From Macrostomum lignano (lineage: Eukaryota): a stretch of 64,000 nucleotides of DNA. The notes below the pieces were generated by a model. That model ran no database searches. It was not told where the DNA came from and saw only the letters and a list, made by a program, of their open reading frames with translations. Shown here piece after piece: positions 1-11,583 of the stretch (the stretch's first letter is position 1; every line of letters starts with the position of its first letter). Location of the stretch: assembly GCA_002269645.1 (NCBI GenBank), contig NIVC01002400.1, positions 56,945 through 120,944 on the forward strand. The letters run 5' to 3'. The translations under genes and the position numbers were made by a program.

Positions 1-330
1 CTGCTGTCTACCTTGTACCTCTCTACCTCTTACCACTCCGTTCTACCACTCCCCTCTACCACTCCCCTCTACGCTTCCTCTCTACCCCTCACCTCTACCT
101 CTCCCCCCTAACCTTTCCCTCTACCCTTCCCCTCTACATCTCTCCTCTACCCCTCCCTTCTACCTCTCCCCTATCTCATGATCTCCATGCCTAATTTTCT
201 TTCCTTCTACTCGCTCTCCAACTCTTTCCTCTCTTCTCCATCCCTCCTCTCTCCCCTCTATCTCCATATCTCCCTCTCCCTGACTCCCTCTCTTCCTCGC
301 CACTCTCCCTTTCATTCCGACTGTCACGTC
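1..330. repeat. Pyrimidine-rich (CT) low-complexity tract, intronic, upstream of the Tubby exon acceptor
   Basis: Almost only C/T with ctctac/ccct motifs. It ends shortly before the ttttgcag acceptor at 359-366. Confidence 0.85.
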
Positions 331-366
331 CAGTCCAGATATGTTTTTTCATGCTCCGTTTTGCAG

Positions 367-1019
367 CCTACGACGGTCCGCAGTCCTACCAGATGGCCAA
401 CCCGGACGGCGTCACCACCCGGGTGCACGTGCTGAAAATCGACGCCTCGCCGCAGGGCGAATCCAAAGACTACGACTCGTCCGATAGCGACAGCAAAGAC
501 CGCGGACGAAGCGGCGGCGGCAGCGGCGGCAAAAGCAGAGGCGACAGAGGCGCTTCCAGCGATCGGCGCAACAAGAAACGACCGGAAGAGACTCGAATTT
601 CGTCGGCTTCACCGTCAAGGGGGCCGCCAAGAAGGTCCGGCGGCGGCGGCAGACGAAGCGACGACGACGACGATGACGATGATGAAGATCGTCGAGACAG
701 TCGCCAGGCGCCGCGTCGCCGCGGTCCCGATCGACTGACTGTCGACGGCCGCGACGACAGACGCCGGCAGAGATCGTCGAGTCCGCAGGACGCTGGCGGC
801 AAGCAGCGGCAGGCTCGACGGCGTCAAGATGACGAGGATGACAACGACGAAGATGATGATGAAGATGAAGGCGCCGCCGGCGGTGGTCGCCGGGGCAATC
901 TGGACGACGATGTGAGCGACGTGAGCGACGAGGACGAGACCCAGGTTGGGCCGATCCCGCGGAACAAATCCATGGACAGCATCCGGAATCACGGCGTGCG
1001 GCTGGACTCCGCGACAGAT
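367..1019 (+). CDS. tub: Tubby-family gene, internal exon encoding a low-complexity D/R/S/G-rich N-terminal region (earlier exons lie outside the window)
   Basis: Acceptor ttttgcag|CC (phase 1), donor GAT|gtgagt at 1020 (phase 0). GC-rich open frame. Phase-compatible with the Tubby-domain exon at 3642. Confidence 0.75.
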
Positions 1020-1029
1020 GTGAGTTGGC

Positions 1030-1700
1030 GGGCTGCTCCCTGTTCTACTCAGTGGTCCCGGGTTCGAATCCTCTTTGAGGATCTTGACTTAGCTGCAGGG
1101 GGGGCTCCGTGCATCCGGATGCAGCGAGGAGGCGTTGCCGCCCATTTCGCTAACCCCTGGCGACCACTGGCAGCTGGTGCTGCGGTGTTGCGCAGTGAGA
1201 TCCCCCCTTCGGAGAGTCCAGGAGGTGGATGGTCGCTCGCCCGGTAGCCCGAGCTGGCATAGATTCTCGGGCCTGAAAACGTCGCAGAGGTCGGGGTTTG
1301 AGCCGAGGTAGGTGAGCCTGTCATTAGTAAAGGCGGGGCATTCACAGATAAAGTGCTCCGCATTCTCGACACCGGAGGGGCAGAATGGGCATTCCTCACT
1401 GCAGATTTTTCCCTGGAGGTGACGATGCCTGGCAAAACAGCCATGATTCGAGGGGGCCATGGTCACCGCCCTGATGTCCCTGCGGTTGAGTCCAAGCAGG
1501 GCCCTGCGCAGGGCGGAGGAAGGACAGGGGACAGCTGCGCGGGTTTGCCGGCAGTCTGGGGCGTTAGCCGACCTCTCCCTGTGCTTTGAAGCCACCCACT
1601 AGTTGATCGAGAAGAGGAGAAGAGGAGGAAGTTCGAGAGGGAATTTAGATATTGCGGGTTAGGACTGTAAGATAGGATTGTTTGAAATTTTGGAGCAAAA
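1030..1700 (-). mobile_element. 3' fragment of a non-LTR retrotransposon (R1/LOA/I-like C-terminal CCHC region plus 3' UTR) in the Tubby intron
   Basis: Minus ORF 1089-1595 reads CRQTR...[13 protein letters not shown]...HG.F.RH...[19 protein letters not shown]...R...LG, the typical C-x2-C-x8-H-x4-C tail of LINE ORF2. Confidence 0.75.
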
Positions 1701-2377
1701 GTTACAAAGTTAACCAAGCTTCTGGGTTCGAATTCAAGAGTACTTTAATAGATGGTAGATCCTACCAAGGTAAAGTCCACATCTTTAGCAGTGCGTTGCA
1801 AGTGTATATGGGCTATATGTTTCTATTTTTAGATATTTCTCTGCAATTCTTTATTACATACACGATCGGTTGATTCTAAGTAAGGGACGTAAGCCCAGTT
1901 GTCTAGGCACAGTGAAGTGTACATGCCTAACGATAAATAAAGTTAGGACCGCTGTACACTCCTGCATGCGTTCATTGGATTCTTGAGATCTACGAGCTAG
2001 TAATATAAATTTGTGTAAATTATTCTATTTATAAGCCATATTACTATATATGATAGTAATTTATAAATTCGTACAGTATGTAGTGTTCTATATCTGAAAG
2101 ACTTCCTACAGTGCCGACACTGCATTGTACTTATTTAGTACTTTAAAAATGTCATAAAAAGAGCTTTAGCAGTTTAGCAGACACTCTTCACTACTCCCCT
2201 CTCTGTCTGTGTTGGCAGATCTGGTAGAGCCGAGGTCCACAAGAGCTCACCTTTGTCTATTAAACCTTTGTTTGCCAATGCCTTTGTTAACTCTGCTGCT
2301 GCAGTCTGTGGGAGGAGAGGAGAATTCGGGGTTAAGGTAGGATTAGCAATTCACTGTAACTGCCGACTGGATGACCA

Positions 2378-2995
2378 TTCATGGAGTTCTAGATGTGCGA
2401 TCTGGAATAGGACTGATCAGTCATTCATGGAGTTCTAGATGCAGTGCAATCTAGAATAGGACTGACCAGTCATTCATGGAGTTCTAGATGCAGTGCAATC
2501 TAGAATAGGACTGATCAGTCATTCATGGAGTTCTAGATGCAGTGCAATCTAGAATAGGACTGATCAGTCATTCATTGAGTTCTAGATGCAGTGCAATCTG
2601 GAATAGGACTGACCAGTCATTCATGGAGTTCTAGATGCAGTGCAATCTAGAATAGGACTGACCAGTCATTCATGGAGTTCTAGATGTGCAATCTGGAATA
2701 GGACTGACCAGTCATTCATGGAGTTCTAGATGTGCAATCTGGAATAGGACTGACCAGTCATTCATGGAGTTCTAGATGTGCAATCTGGAATAGGACTGAC
2801 CAGTCATTCATGGAGTTCTAGATGTGCAATCTGGAATAGGACTGACCAGTCATTCATGGAGTTCTAGATGTGCAATCTAGAATAGGACTGACCAGTCATT
2901 CATGGAGTTCTAGATGTGCAATCTGGAATAGGACTGACTAGTAATTCATGGAGTTCTAGATGTGCAATCTGGAATAGGACTCACCATTCATGGAG
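2378..2995. repeat. Minisatellite, 46/49-bp unit, about 13 copies
   Basis: Unit ggaataggactgaccagtcattcatggagttctagatg(cag)tgcaatct repeated in tandem. Confidence 0.95.
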
Positions 2996-3285
2996 TTCTT
3001 TATAAAGCCTTCAAAGGCTGTCTTTGTTAATTAAATAATTCTTTGATGAAGTTAAAGCACGTCATTTCCGATCAGATTTAACTGTCAAATTTCGTGACCG
3101 AATGCTGGACTGACTAATAGGAATTGAATAATTAATTTCCTTTTCAATTTTCTATGCACGTAAATCTCTTAGGAATTGGATTTCTTTGAATTTCACTGAG
3201 CTAAAAAGATTAAAATAATGTACATATTTTGAATCGTTTTCTTGTCTTACACATGTCTGTTGCTAAGGCGTCTCGCGTCTCGTAA

Positions 3286-3598
3286 TATGACTGAGATCAT
3301 AAACTGTGTGAGGTTGCAATAAAAGCATCTATGACTGAGATCATAAACTGTGTGAGGTTGCAATAAAAGCATCTATGACTGAGATCATAAACTGTGTGAG
3401 GTTGCAATAAAAGCATCTATGACTGAGATCATAAACTGTGTGAGGTTGCAATAAAAGCATCTATGACTGAGATCATAAACTGTGTGAGGTTGCAATAAAA
3501 GCATCTATGACTGAGATCATAAACTGTGTGAGGTTGCAATAAAAGCATCTATGACTGAGATCATAAACTGTGTGAGGTTGCAATAAAAGCATCTATGA
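3286..3598. repeat. Minisatellite, 44-bp unit, about 7 identical copies
   Basis: Unit atgactgagatcataaactgtgtgaggttgcaataaaagcatct. Confidence 0.95.
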
Positions 3599-3641
3599 CC
3601 CCAGCAACAATGTGCAAATGGCGAACACAACCCCACCTTAG

Positions 3642-4251
3642 GAGTCACGCCGCAGCCAACAGAAGCTGGGCACCGCTTCCCGTCTGGCCAATCTGATCCC
3701 GGATCCAACCGAAGATCTGGAAGAGTTCGTGCTTCGACCGGCACCTCAGGGTTGCGTAATCAAAGGCCGCATCACTCGAGACACGCGGGGCATCGAGCGG
3801 ACCCGCTACCCGACTTACTACCTGCACATGGAACGCGATGATGGCAAGAAAATCTTTCTGCTGGCCGCTAGGAAACGCCGCCACTCGTCCACCGCGAACT
3901 ACCTGATCTCCTGCGACCCGACAGATCTGAAACGTGCCGGCGAAAGTTTCGTTGGCAAATTGCGCGGCAATTTTTTTGGCACTGGTTTCACCGTGTTTGA
4001 CAACGGCGAGGCGCCTAAGAAAAGCGGCGAGTTGGCGCGTAGAGAGTTGACGGCGATCGCCTACGAGACCAACGTGCTGGGGTTCCGGGGCCCGAGGAAG
4101 ATGACCGTCCTGTTGCCGGGCATGAACGCTGATTCGGAGAGGATCGAACTCCGTCCGAAGTCGGACGATGACGGCCTGCTGGCCAGGTACAAGAGAAAGG
4201 AAATGAACAACTTGCTAGAGTTGCACAATAAAACTCCTGTCTGGAATGAAG
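3642..4251 (+). CDS. tub: Tubby-family gene, exon encoding most of the Tubby C-terminal domain
   Basis: Acceptor ccccaccttag|GAG, donor GAAG|gtaagt. Translation [13 protein letters not shown]...[25 protein letters not shown]...[11 protein letters not shown]...[18 protein letters not shown]...[16 protein letters not shown]...[10 protein letters not shown] matches TUB/TULP. Confidence 0.95.
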
Positions 4252-4339
4252 GTAAGTGCGACTCTCTACAATACTGTCAATTCACTGCATCGAGAATATT
4301 TTTGCCACCTCTATTTACAGTGCCTATATAAGTCACTCT

Positions 4340-5037
4340 GTCTGCAGTATCACAGAGTCAATGTCACTCTGTCTATACAGTATCACAGAATCAATGTCAC
4401 TCTGTCTATACAGTATCACAGAATCAATGTCACTCTGTCTATACAGTATCACAGAGTCAATGTCACTCTGTCTATACAGTATCACAGAGTCAATGTCACT
4501 CTGTCTATACAGTATCACAGAGTCAATGTCACTCTGTCTATACAGTATCACAGAGTCAATGTCACTCTGTCTATACAGTATCACAGAGTCAATGTCACTC
4601 TGTCTATACAGTATCACAGAGTCAATGTCACTCTGTCTATACAGTATCACAGAGTCAATGTCACTCTGTCTATACAGTATCACAGAGTCAATGTCACTCT
4701 GTCTATACAGTATCACAGAGTCAATGTCACTCTGTCTATACAGTATCACAGAGTCAATGTCACTCTGTGTATACAGTATCACAGAGTCAATGTCACTCTG
4801 TCTATACAGTATCACAGAGTCAATGTCACTCTGTCTATACAGTATCACAGAGTCAATGTCACTCTGTCTATACAGTATCACAGAGTCAATGTCACTCTGT
4901 CTATACAGTATCACAGAGTCAATGTCACTCTGTCTATACAGTATCACAGAGTCAATGTCACTCTGTCTATACAGTATCACAGAGTCAATGTCACTCTGTC
5001 TATACAGTATCACAGAGTCAATGTCACTCTGTCTATA
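4340..5037. repeat. Intronic minisatellite, 33-bp unit, about 21 copies, each with an internal inverted repeat
   Basis: Unit cagtatcacagagtcaatgtcactctgtctata. acagagt and actctgt are reverse complements. Confidence 0.95.
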
Positions 5038-5119
5038 AGTACATGTAGCCCTAACAACTCCTTCATTGCCATTTAAAACTTAGAAAAACCTTTCGCAAAA
5101 CATCTCGATCTATTCATAG

Positions 5120-5203
5120 ACACGCAATCCTATGTGCTCAACTTTCACGGTCGAGTTACTCAAGCTTCGGTGAAAAATTTTCAAGTCGTTCACGACAACG
5201 ATG
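5120..5203 (+). CDS. tub: Tubby-family gene, penultimate exon
   Basis: cattcatag-type acceptor ending 5119, donor G|gtgagt at 5204. Encodes (D)[27 protein letters not shown]. Confidence 0.95.
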
Positions 5204-5288
5204 GTGAGTAACGAAAGTTTGACTTTCTAATAGTTTTTAGGCATGTACACTCTCTGTATCTAAAAAACCGCTCCCTGCACTTTCACAG

Positions 5289-5422
5289 TCGACTACATCG
5301 TGATGCAGTTCGGTCGCATTTCCGATGACATTTTCACCATGGACTTCGCCTATCCAATGTGCGCTCTGCAGGCCTTTGGTGTGGCCCTGTCATCGTTTGA
5401 TGGCAAACTGGCTTGCGAGTGA
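5289..5422 (+). CDS. tub: Tubby-family gene, last exon
   Basis: Acceptor tttcacag|. Encodes (V)[43 protein letters not shown], the canonical Tubby C-terminus. Confidence 0.96.
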
Positions 5423-6849
5423 TGCAGATCTGCAGCTGCTCTGATGGAGTCTGACAGGCTGTTGGTTGTCTTTGTAACACAGTTTTATTGCTTACTGAGT
5501 CTTTGTTTCATTTTATAATTGTTGTTGTAATTTATACTGCGTATATAGCTAGTGTGCAGTTAATGTGCAGTCAAACACACTCACACACACACACACACTT
5601 GGATATCTGGTTTTAATCACCTATAGATACATATTACACTTATACTCGTAAATTATATATAAATTTTCAGTCAGTGAATTTATAGAACAGAAGAGCAGAT
5701 TTGAGCTAATAATGGATTTTTTAGTTTCTTGTATTTTTGCTGTTTTTCAGTCTGAAGTTATTGTAAGCCGTCCAAATGTTTTTTTGATATAACTATTTTT
5801 TTCTGGTATCGCACAATAAAAACCAAGTTTTAAACTTTTTTAAACAATATTTCTAACTTTACACATTACTCATATGTAGTATCATGTGATAAAGTTTTCT
5901 TTTCCGTACCAAACACAATACCCGTCCGATTTTTACTTATATAACACTTTATTCACACCGTCCGTTGTTGAAAAGTATTTAATTCTGTGTTTACAAACGC
6001 AAATGTTTGTTTTATTTTAGACACAATTCAAATATTTTAAGATATGCTATCCAGTCCTGCTATTATAAAAAAAAGTAAAAATTTACCTGTTAATAAATTT
6101 ATTTATTTTTATTTATTTTATTTTAACTCTTAAAGACCTAAATAACTACGAGTAAAATTCACGAATAAAAATATACCTACTCGTTAAAAGAGTTGCATTA
6201 TTTTCTTAAAATTTCTATTCTTTTTGAAATAAATTACCTAACAAAACTGCAGGAGTTTACTATTGAGCCTTGGTTAACATTCTTATTGTGAATTTTTGAA
6301 ATATATATGATGCAAATATTGAAATGATTTTTTTCTCTGTTCTGGAGACTCCGTTGTTTAGTCCAAGACGATCTACTCCAGATAGAATAATTTGTCTCTG
6401 TCAGTATATGGTAGATTGACGATCTTATTTTAAATCATGTACTCCTGTTTTTCTGTCTTTGATCTCATTTTACTTATTTCTGCATATTTATTTCTGATTC
6501 CTATCAGATGCGCTGCTTACCTACTTGCGAGTAGTTGATATAAAATAGTTAGGAACGCTCTCTTGCTGCACAAACTTGTTATTGCTATTTTAAACATGCA
6601 TGTTTTGTCTATGCGCCAAACTTTCTTTCATTGACAAAGATTCAAATTGGTAATTCGTTTGTTTAATAGCGGAAAAGAAGAAAAATCTTATTGAAAGACA
6701 CTGCACATTGCTAAAATATATCTTATCAAATAATCGCGATTAGTTTTTCGTCTCTTGCTTCACCGCTTATGACACAAAATGGGTACCCATGTGAAATGAG
6801 TTGATGTTTGACTCTTTTAATTCATTGATAATGGCCGGGGTGCCACATG

Positions 6850-6899
6850 TAGTTAGTTAGTTAGTCAGTTTGTTTGTTAGTTTGCTTGTTTGTTTGTTC

Positions 6900-6940
<41 letters not shown>

Positions 6941-6965
6941 CTAGTTAGTTAGTCAGTTAGTTAGA
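6850..6965. repeat. (GTTA)n/(GTTT)n microsatellite
   Basis: Directly visible tetranucleotide run. Confidence 0.9.
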
Positions 6966-7563
6966 CCCAATAAAGAACAAAAAGTTTGTTAATTCACGCC
7001 AATTTTACTGCCAAATCGATGTCACGCGGCAGTAACCGATTTAAGAACTGCTATCCAAAAAGGCTTTCGTATTGCGTTAGTCGCAAAATATTTATTCTCA
7101 TTTTTTTATATTACAAAGCCTCAGTCGAAACAGATTTTCTAGTTTTAGATAAGAAAAAAATAGATAGGAAAATCAAGCAGCTGAATCGCAAAGCCAAAAT
7201 ACCTGTATGAGATATTACGCAATGGTTATAATTGAGTTAATTTGCACAAAGTTTTCTAGGAAATGGTGTTATTCATATTAATCAAAGGTTTCTCAAACAA
7301 ATGGAGATTTCTATGAAGTGGCTCGTCTGATTATTAAAGACGAGATATTAAAAAATAAACGGCAGTACCCGTCTGCATACAAACGATATTAGGAAATGAT
7401 ATTAGTTAAAAGTGCAAAAATGGTAAGACAATCATATACGCATAAGTGCAAATATTATTTGAAAGAATCTGATGAAAACCGACATCAAGTCTATCTCGGG
7501 TCGTTTTTGTTTTAACTCGTCTGCGTAAAAATTCCGTAAAAATGACGCTTTTAAAAAAATCGG

Positions 7564-8341
7564 TCATCCTCGTCGACACGAGTGGTAGCGACCGCGCATC
7601 AGGTCGATTCGGTCGGCCAGAAGTCGACAACTGTTCAGGTAGACTGCGTCTAAACACCTGGCGTAGTCTTGCAGCGAGTCGACTGGCCAGCATCGCAGAC
7701 TGCAGCAGCCACCGTGCTGCACGGGCTCCGGCAGTTGCGAGCACCTGGTCATTGTGATTGTCGACTCGTCCGAGTCCACCGTGAGAATCGTTCGCCGGCC
7801 AATCGTAGCCGCGTCGCCGATTCGCCATTGTAAATTTTCAGCGCCTCCTTGACGATCGGCAGCGTCCAGACGGCGGACCACGCGGATCTCGTGTTCCAAC
7901 TCGGGATAGAACGGGTCCTCGAGAATGCTCGAGGCTGCGTCACTCTGTCGGCTTAAGTAGTCAACTAGGTCGGGTGCGGCAGCTCGCAGAAGGTAGCGCC
8001 AGGTGTCCGAATGACGCGACTGTCCGGCCAGCAGCTCGAACAGGCGCAGGACGAGAGGCACAGAGTTGCTCAAATTTTCGGACGATGTGGACAAACTCGA
8101 CGACGTGTCCTCGACCAGACTCAACGCCGAGTTTGCTGAATTGGCGCTAGCGGAGGAAACTGATGATGACGTGGACAAGGAAGCTGAGACGCTGTCTTCA
8201 TCGAGGTTGACCTCGTGCTGCTCATCGACTTGCATTGCCGCCTGTTCTATAGCCTCTCTTAGCAGTTGCATCTGGATGGCCTGGTGGTGCTGTCGCGCTG
8301 TGTGCTGTGGAATTGCAATGAGTAGCTGCGCTGGCTTCGGG
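7564..8341 (-). CDS. Hypothetical protein, main exon (Ser-rich linker plus an unidentified globular region); probable short first exon at 9113-9126
   Basis: GC-rich 235-aa ORF that extends upstream to the acceptor cctaactacag| at about 8341 (phase 2). A matching ATG GCA TGC AAA CT|gtgagt lies at 9126-9113. No family recognised. Confidence 0.55.
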
Positions 8342-8759
8342 CTGTAGTTAGGTTGTTTTTATTGTTACGGCCTAACTGGGAGGGACAGAATGTACATTGC
8401 CCAGGCGTACATTTTAACTACCCAACCCCTGACCCGTTCCTCAATTCTGATTGGATGAGAGATGTGATCAAAGCGACATTCATTTTGGTATGTTAGCAAC
8501 TTGCTGAGTCTATCGCAAACGATCTAAATATAACACTTTTTATGTCAATAGAAGGCTCGCTCCTATCAATTGAGCCGTCAAGTCGCACAATGAATGTACA
8601 CAGTAAACAAAATTTTAAAGCCCACGACTGAAATAAAATACAATGTTGGTTCAAAAAACTTTGGGCTCACCGCTGTTATATTTCGAAAACTAAATTGCAC
8701 AATAATTTTTCCAGTACATCATTTGGACTAAATTTATGTAAAGTAAGTATCTATTGAAC

Positions 8760-8905
8760 TAATGTCGAGGCTTACGGTGGGAATTGCTGAGATGTCAAGG
8801 CTTACTGGGGGAATTGCTGAGATATCAAGGCTCACTGCGGGAATTGCTGAGATGTCAAGGCTTACTGAGGGAATTGCTGAGATGTCAAGGCTTACGGGGG
8901 AATTG
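8760..8905. repeat. Minisatellite, 30-bp unit, about 5 copies
   Basis: ggaattgctgagatgtcaaggcttactggg variants. Confidence 0.9.
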
Positions 8906-10120
8906 CTATGATGTGAAGGCAGAGATATCAGAAGCTTATTCAAAAAAGTCATTCCACTCTTTGTTGCCTACCGAACGGATGGTGCTGATTGCTAGCATTG
9001 AACTAAATATTAGCTGTTTAACACGAAACATTATTAAAGGGTTTCAAAAGATTGAATGAAATCTACGAGTACATAAATACGCTCGTACTTATGTAGTAGC
9101 TAAACCACTCACAGTTTGCATGCCATTGGTGATTCATAAACGTTTCGAAGGTTGCCTCCGCAAGAAGCCAGCACAATGTAAGTAATGAGGAAATTGGACG
9201 ATGGGTTGATTCAACGAAACTCGTTGGCGTCGTTGCTGCGCAATGGTAAACTTTGGCGGCTTGCCGAACTGCATTCTTCAAGACAACAGCACATGTATGG
9301 GACATCGTCAGGGTTGCATCGAAATAATGAGAGACTAAGGTGATGATGCTGAAATGCTGTAGAATGTTTACTGTGGTTTTTCTCTGACTGGAAACATATC
9401 AAATAATCAGAACTCAAATTTGATTGACTCTGCTCTGCATACAATCTGATCAATTCAAATCGCACCTCAGAAGCTTGGAAAAATCCTACTCAATTTACAA
9501 CATACGGTACGTCAGCTACTCCAGCGAAGTCAACCCAGCTCAATCCAAGTCAAATTTCACTTCTGATTGTCTTGAAACAGGTCTTAACCGCATGTACTTT
9601 GTCCTATCAAATTCCTTGATCATCTATAGCTAAACGGTTGTGTAGAGCTTGTGTACAACTTGACGGTTGTGTAGATCTTCAGAGCTTTGAAAACAAAACA
9701 AATGACACGATTTAGAAAAAAGTTACAGGTGCAGAAGCACCGCACTGCAATGTCTAGTCACCGTAGGTATTGATACAACGACGTTAGACAAATAAACAAA
9801 CTTGCAATGGTTCACAGAAAGTTTGCAAATAGTTTGAGAGTTTACAGGCACTAATAATACTTTTTTATGAAATGCTCCTACTACTTAAGTAGAGATCCAG
9901 AGCACTTCTAGAGATCCAGGTGCTTCGAACAGATCACTAAGAATTCGAGGAATGCCTGAAGCCATGAGTGCAGAAAAACAAGTCGACATTTATAAATTGG
10001 AACCACCTCGAGCTCGAAAAAATGATCAAATTAGTCTCAAGACAAAGGCAGTAGAGATCCGTTACAGAACTTTACTACAGAGAATTTAGCAAAACCAAAT
10101 CTATATCGAATTGCTTAACG

Positions 10121-10205
10121 ATGAGCGCCATGAAGTTTCTGGCTTGCTGGATCGTTCTGATTATCGCCCAGGTAGTCAGAAGCGAACCAGAATTCGCTTT
10201 TCTTG
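10121..10205 (+). CDS. Secreted protein, exon 1 (signal peptide)
   Basis: MSAMKFLACWIVLIIAQVVRSEPEFAFL, donor G|gtaagc (phase 1). An upstream acceptor-like ctttactacag ends at 10080. Confidence 0.75.
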
Positions 10206-10395
10206 GTAAGCTTTCATCTACGATAAGGTACGGTAAAGCACTATATAGTCTTGATCTCGTCGCGCTATTGCCGTAAGCGAAATGTAACCACCGCATTTGA
10301 TAGTAACTGATCAACCTACGGTGAGGTGTGATCTAGTAGAGTACAGCTTGTGATCTCTCTATTGAACGTATAATTCGCGCCCAATCCTTCAACAG

Positions 10396-10932
10396 GCGAC
10401 AAGAACGTCCTGCTGTTCTCCATCAAAGCCGGCTCCGGCTTGGACGTTGCCAAAGAGTTTAACCGAGCGACCCAGCAGGGTCTGCCATCAACGTCCGAGG
10501 TCCCCGCCCTGTTCCGATCCAGCATGCTGGACGTGAGCGGCATGGCCGCCTACTTTGACAACTCCAAGAAGCTCGTTGTCGAGCTGCGTCACGCCGGCGA
10601 GCGATTGGCCAGAGCTTCCTTCTCCATGGAACTGGGAATGAACTCAACTAACTGGTTCACCGAGGCCAACCTGCTGAGAGTGTCACCGCGGGTTTCTACG
10701 AGCAATCTGGTGACCGAGTTTCAGAAGTCGAACCAGATGGCTTTGATTCGCGAGGACGGCAACGCCGATTGCGACAACTACTCCGGCTTCATGGGCGTGT
10801 CCTGGGCGGCCAACCCGCCCTGCGACTGGCTCAGGTGGGGCGGCCCGTCGCCACAGATTTTCTTCTCCCCGAATGGCGGCAAGTTCAAGGACACAGCGAA
10901 ATTTGCCGACCAGTTGATCATCTATCTGGAAG
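10396..10932 (+). CDS. Secreted protein, exon 2 (uncharacterised extracellular domain); the alternative unspliced end is the stop at 10973
   Basis: Acceptor ccttcaacag|GC (phase 1). GC-rich open frame DKNVLLFSIKAGSG...NWF...DC..YSGFMGV...PCDW...IFFSP...ADQLIIYLE. Confidence 0.75.
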
Positions 10933-11021
10933 GCAAGTTGTTGGTTTCGGAGTTGCATACTCTACGTTACTAAATTCTATGATTAGTGAATTCAATTTCC
11001 ACACTTTTAATCACATTCCAG

Positions 11022-11044
11022 GCCGCAAACTTCCAGTCAGTTAA
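11022..11044 (+). CDS. Secreted protein, probable exon 3 after an 89-nt GC-AG intron
   Basis: Donor AAG|gcaagt at 10933, branch-like ttttaat, acceptor cacattccag|. Phase-compatible, giving (G)RKLPVS*. Confidence 0.55.
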
Positions 11045-11477
11045 CAGGTGATCTGCGACATGCGTTTGACCGCGAAATTGACAACTAGGAACATTGTGAA
11101 CTAAAACCAAATTTTTCCGTTTTAATACTTTTCAGTTCCGTGTTAAAATCCACGAGGATTTGTCGTAAATGTTGCTGATTCATACTTTGTTATAGTCAAA
11201 TAAATTGTTTTCGACTCACGGAAATAAACAACAATACATTTTGAGTCATTGACGTTTTCTGGAGCTTTCTTTCACTTTTATTTGTTTTACTGTCTTAAAC
11301 TTCAAAAATACTGTCATTACCAGAGGCTGTGTACAACGATAAATTTTTGTCATTCGTGTCGAAAAATCACGCCGTTTAGCTATTTGACGATCATTATTCG
11401 AATTTTTATGCAGAACAATACATAACTACAAACAATGCATTGTTTTTAGGATCGTCAAACAGAAAAACAATGCAAAG

Positions 11478-11572
11478 AATCAGCGGTTGCAGCACGTGAC
11501 AACGATTTGTCTATGGCTCGCGCCTGCCGGAGCTCGCCAGACAATCGTTGTCACGCACTGGGACCGCTGATT
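11478..11572. other. Long imperfect hairpin (about 35-bp arms)
   Basis: The left arm aatcagcggttgcagcacgtgacaacgatttgtct pairs with the right arm agacaatcgttgtcacgcactgggaccgctgatt. Confidence 0.85.
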
Positions 11573-11583
11573 ATCTATCCATT

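Noticed and set aside
1100-1160. HDV-like ribozyme (minus-strand gcctcctcgctg resembles the HDV P3/L3)
   Set aside because: The P3 3' strand, P1 and P2 partners could not be paired. Only the loop motif matches.
2378-5037. Regular 33-49-bp repeats as CRISPR arrays
   Set aside because: The units are head-to-tail with no unique spacers, there are no cas genes, and the context is eukaryotic introns.
7470-7515. Hammerhead ribozyme core (ctgatga)
   Set aside because: No GAAA follows a proper stem II. No complete hammerhead was seen elsewhere either.
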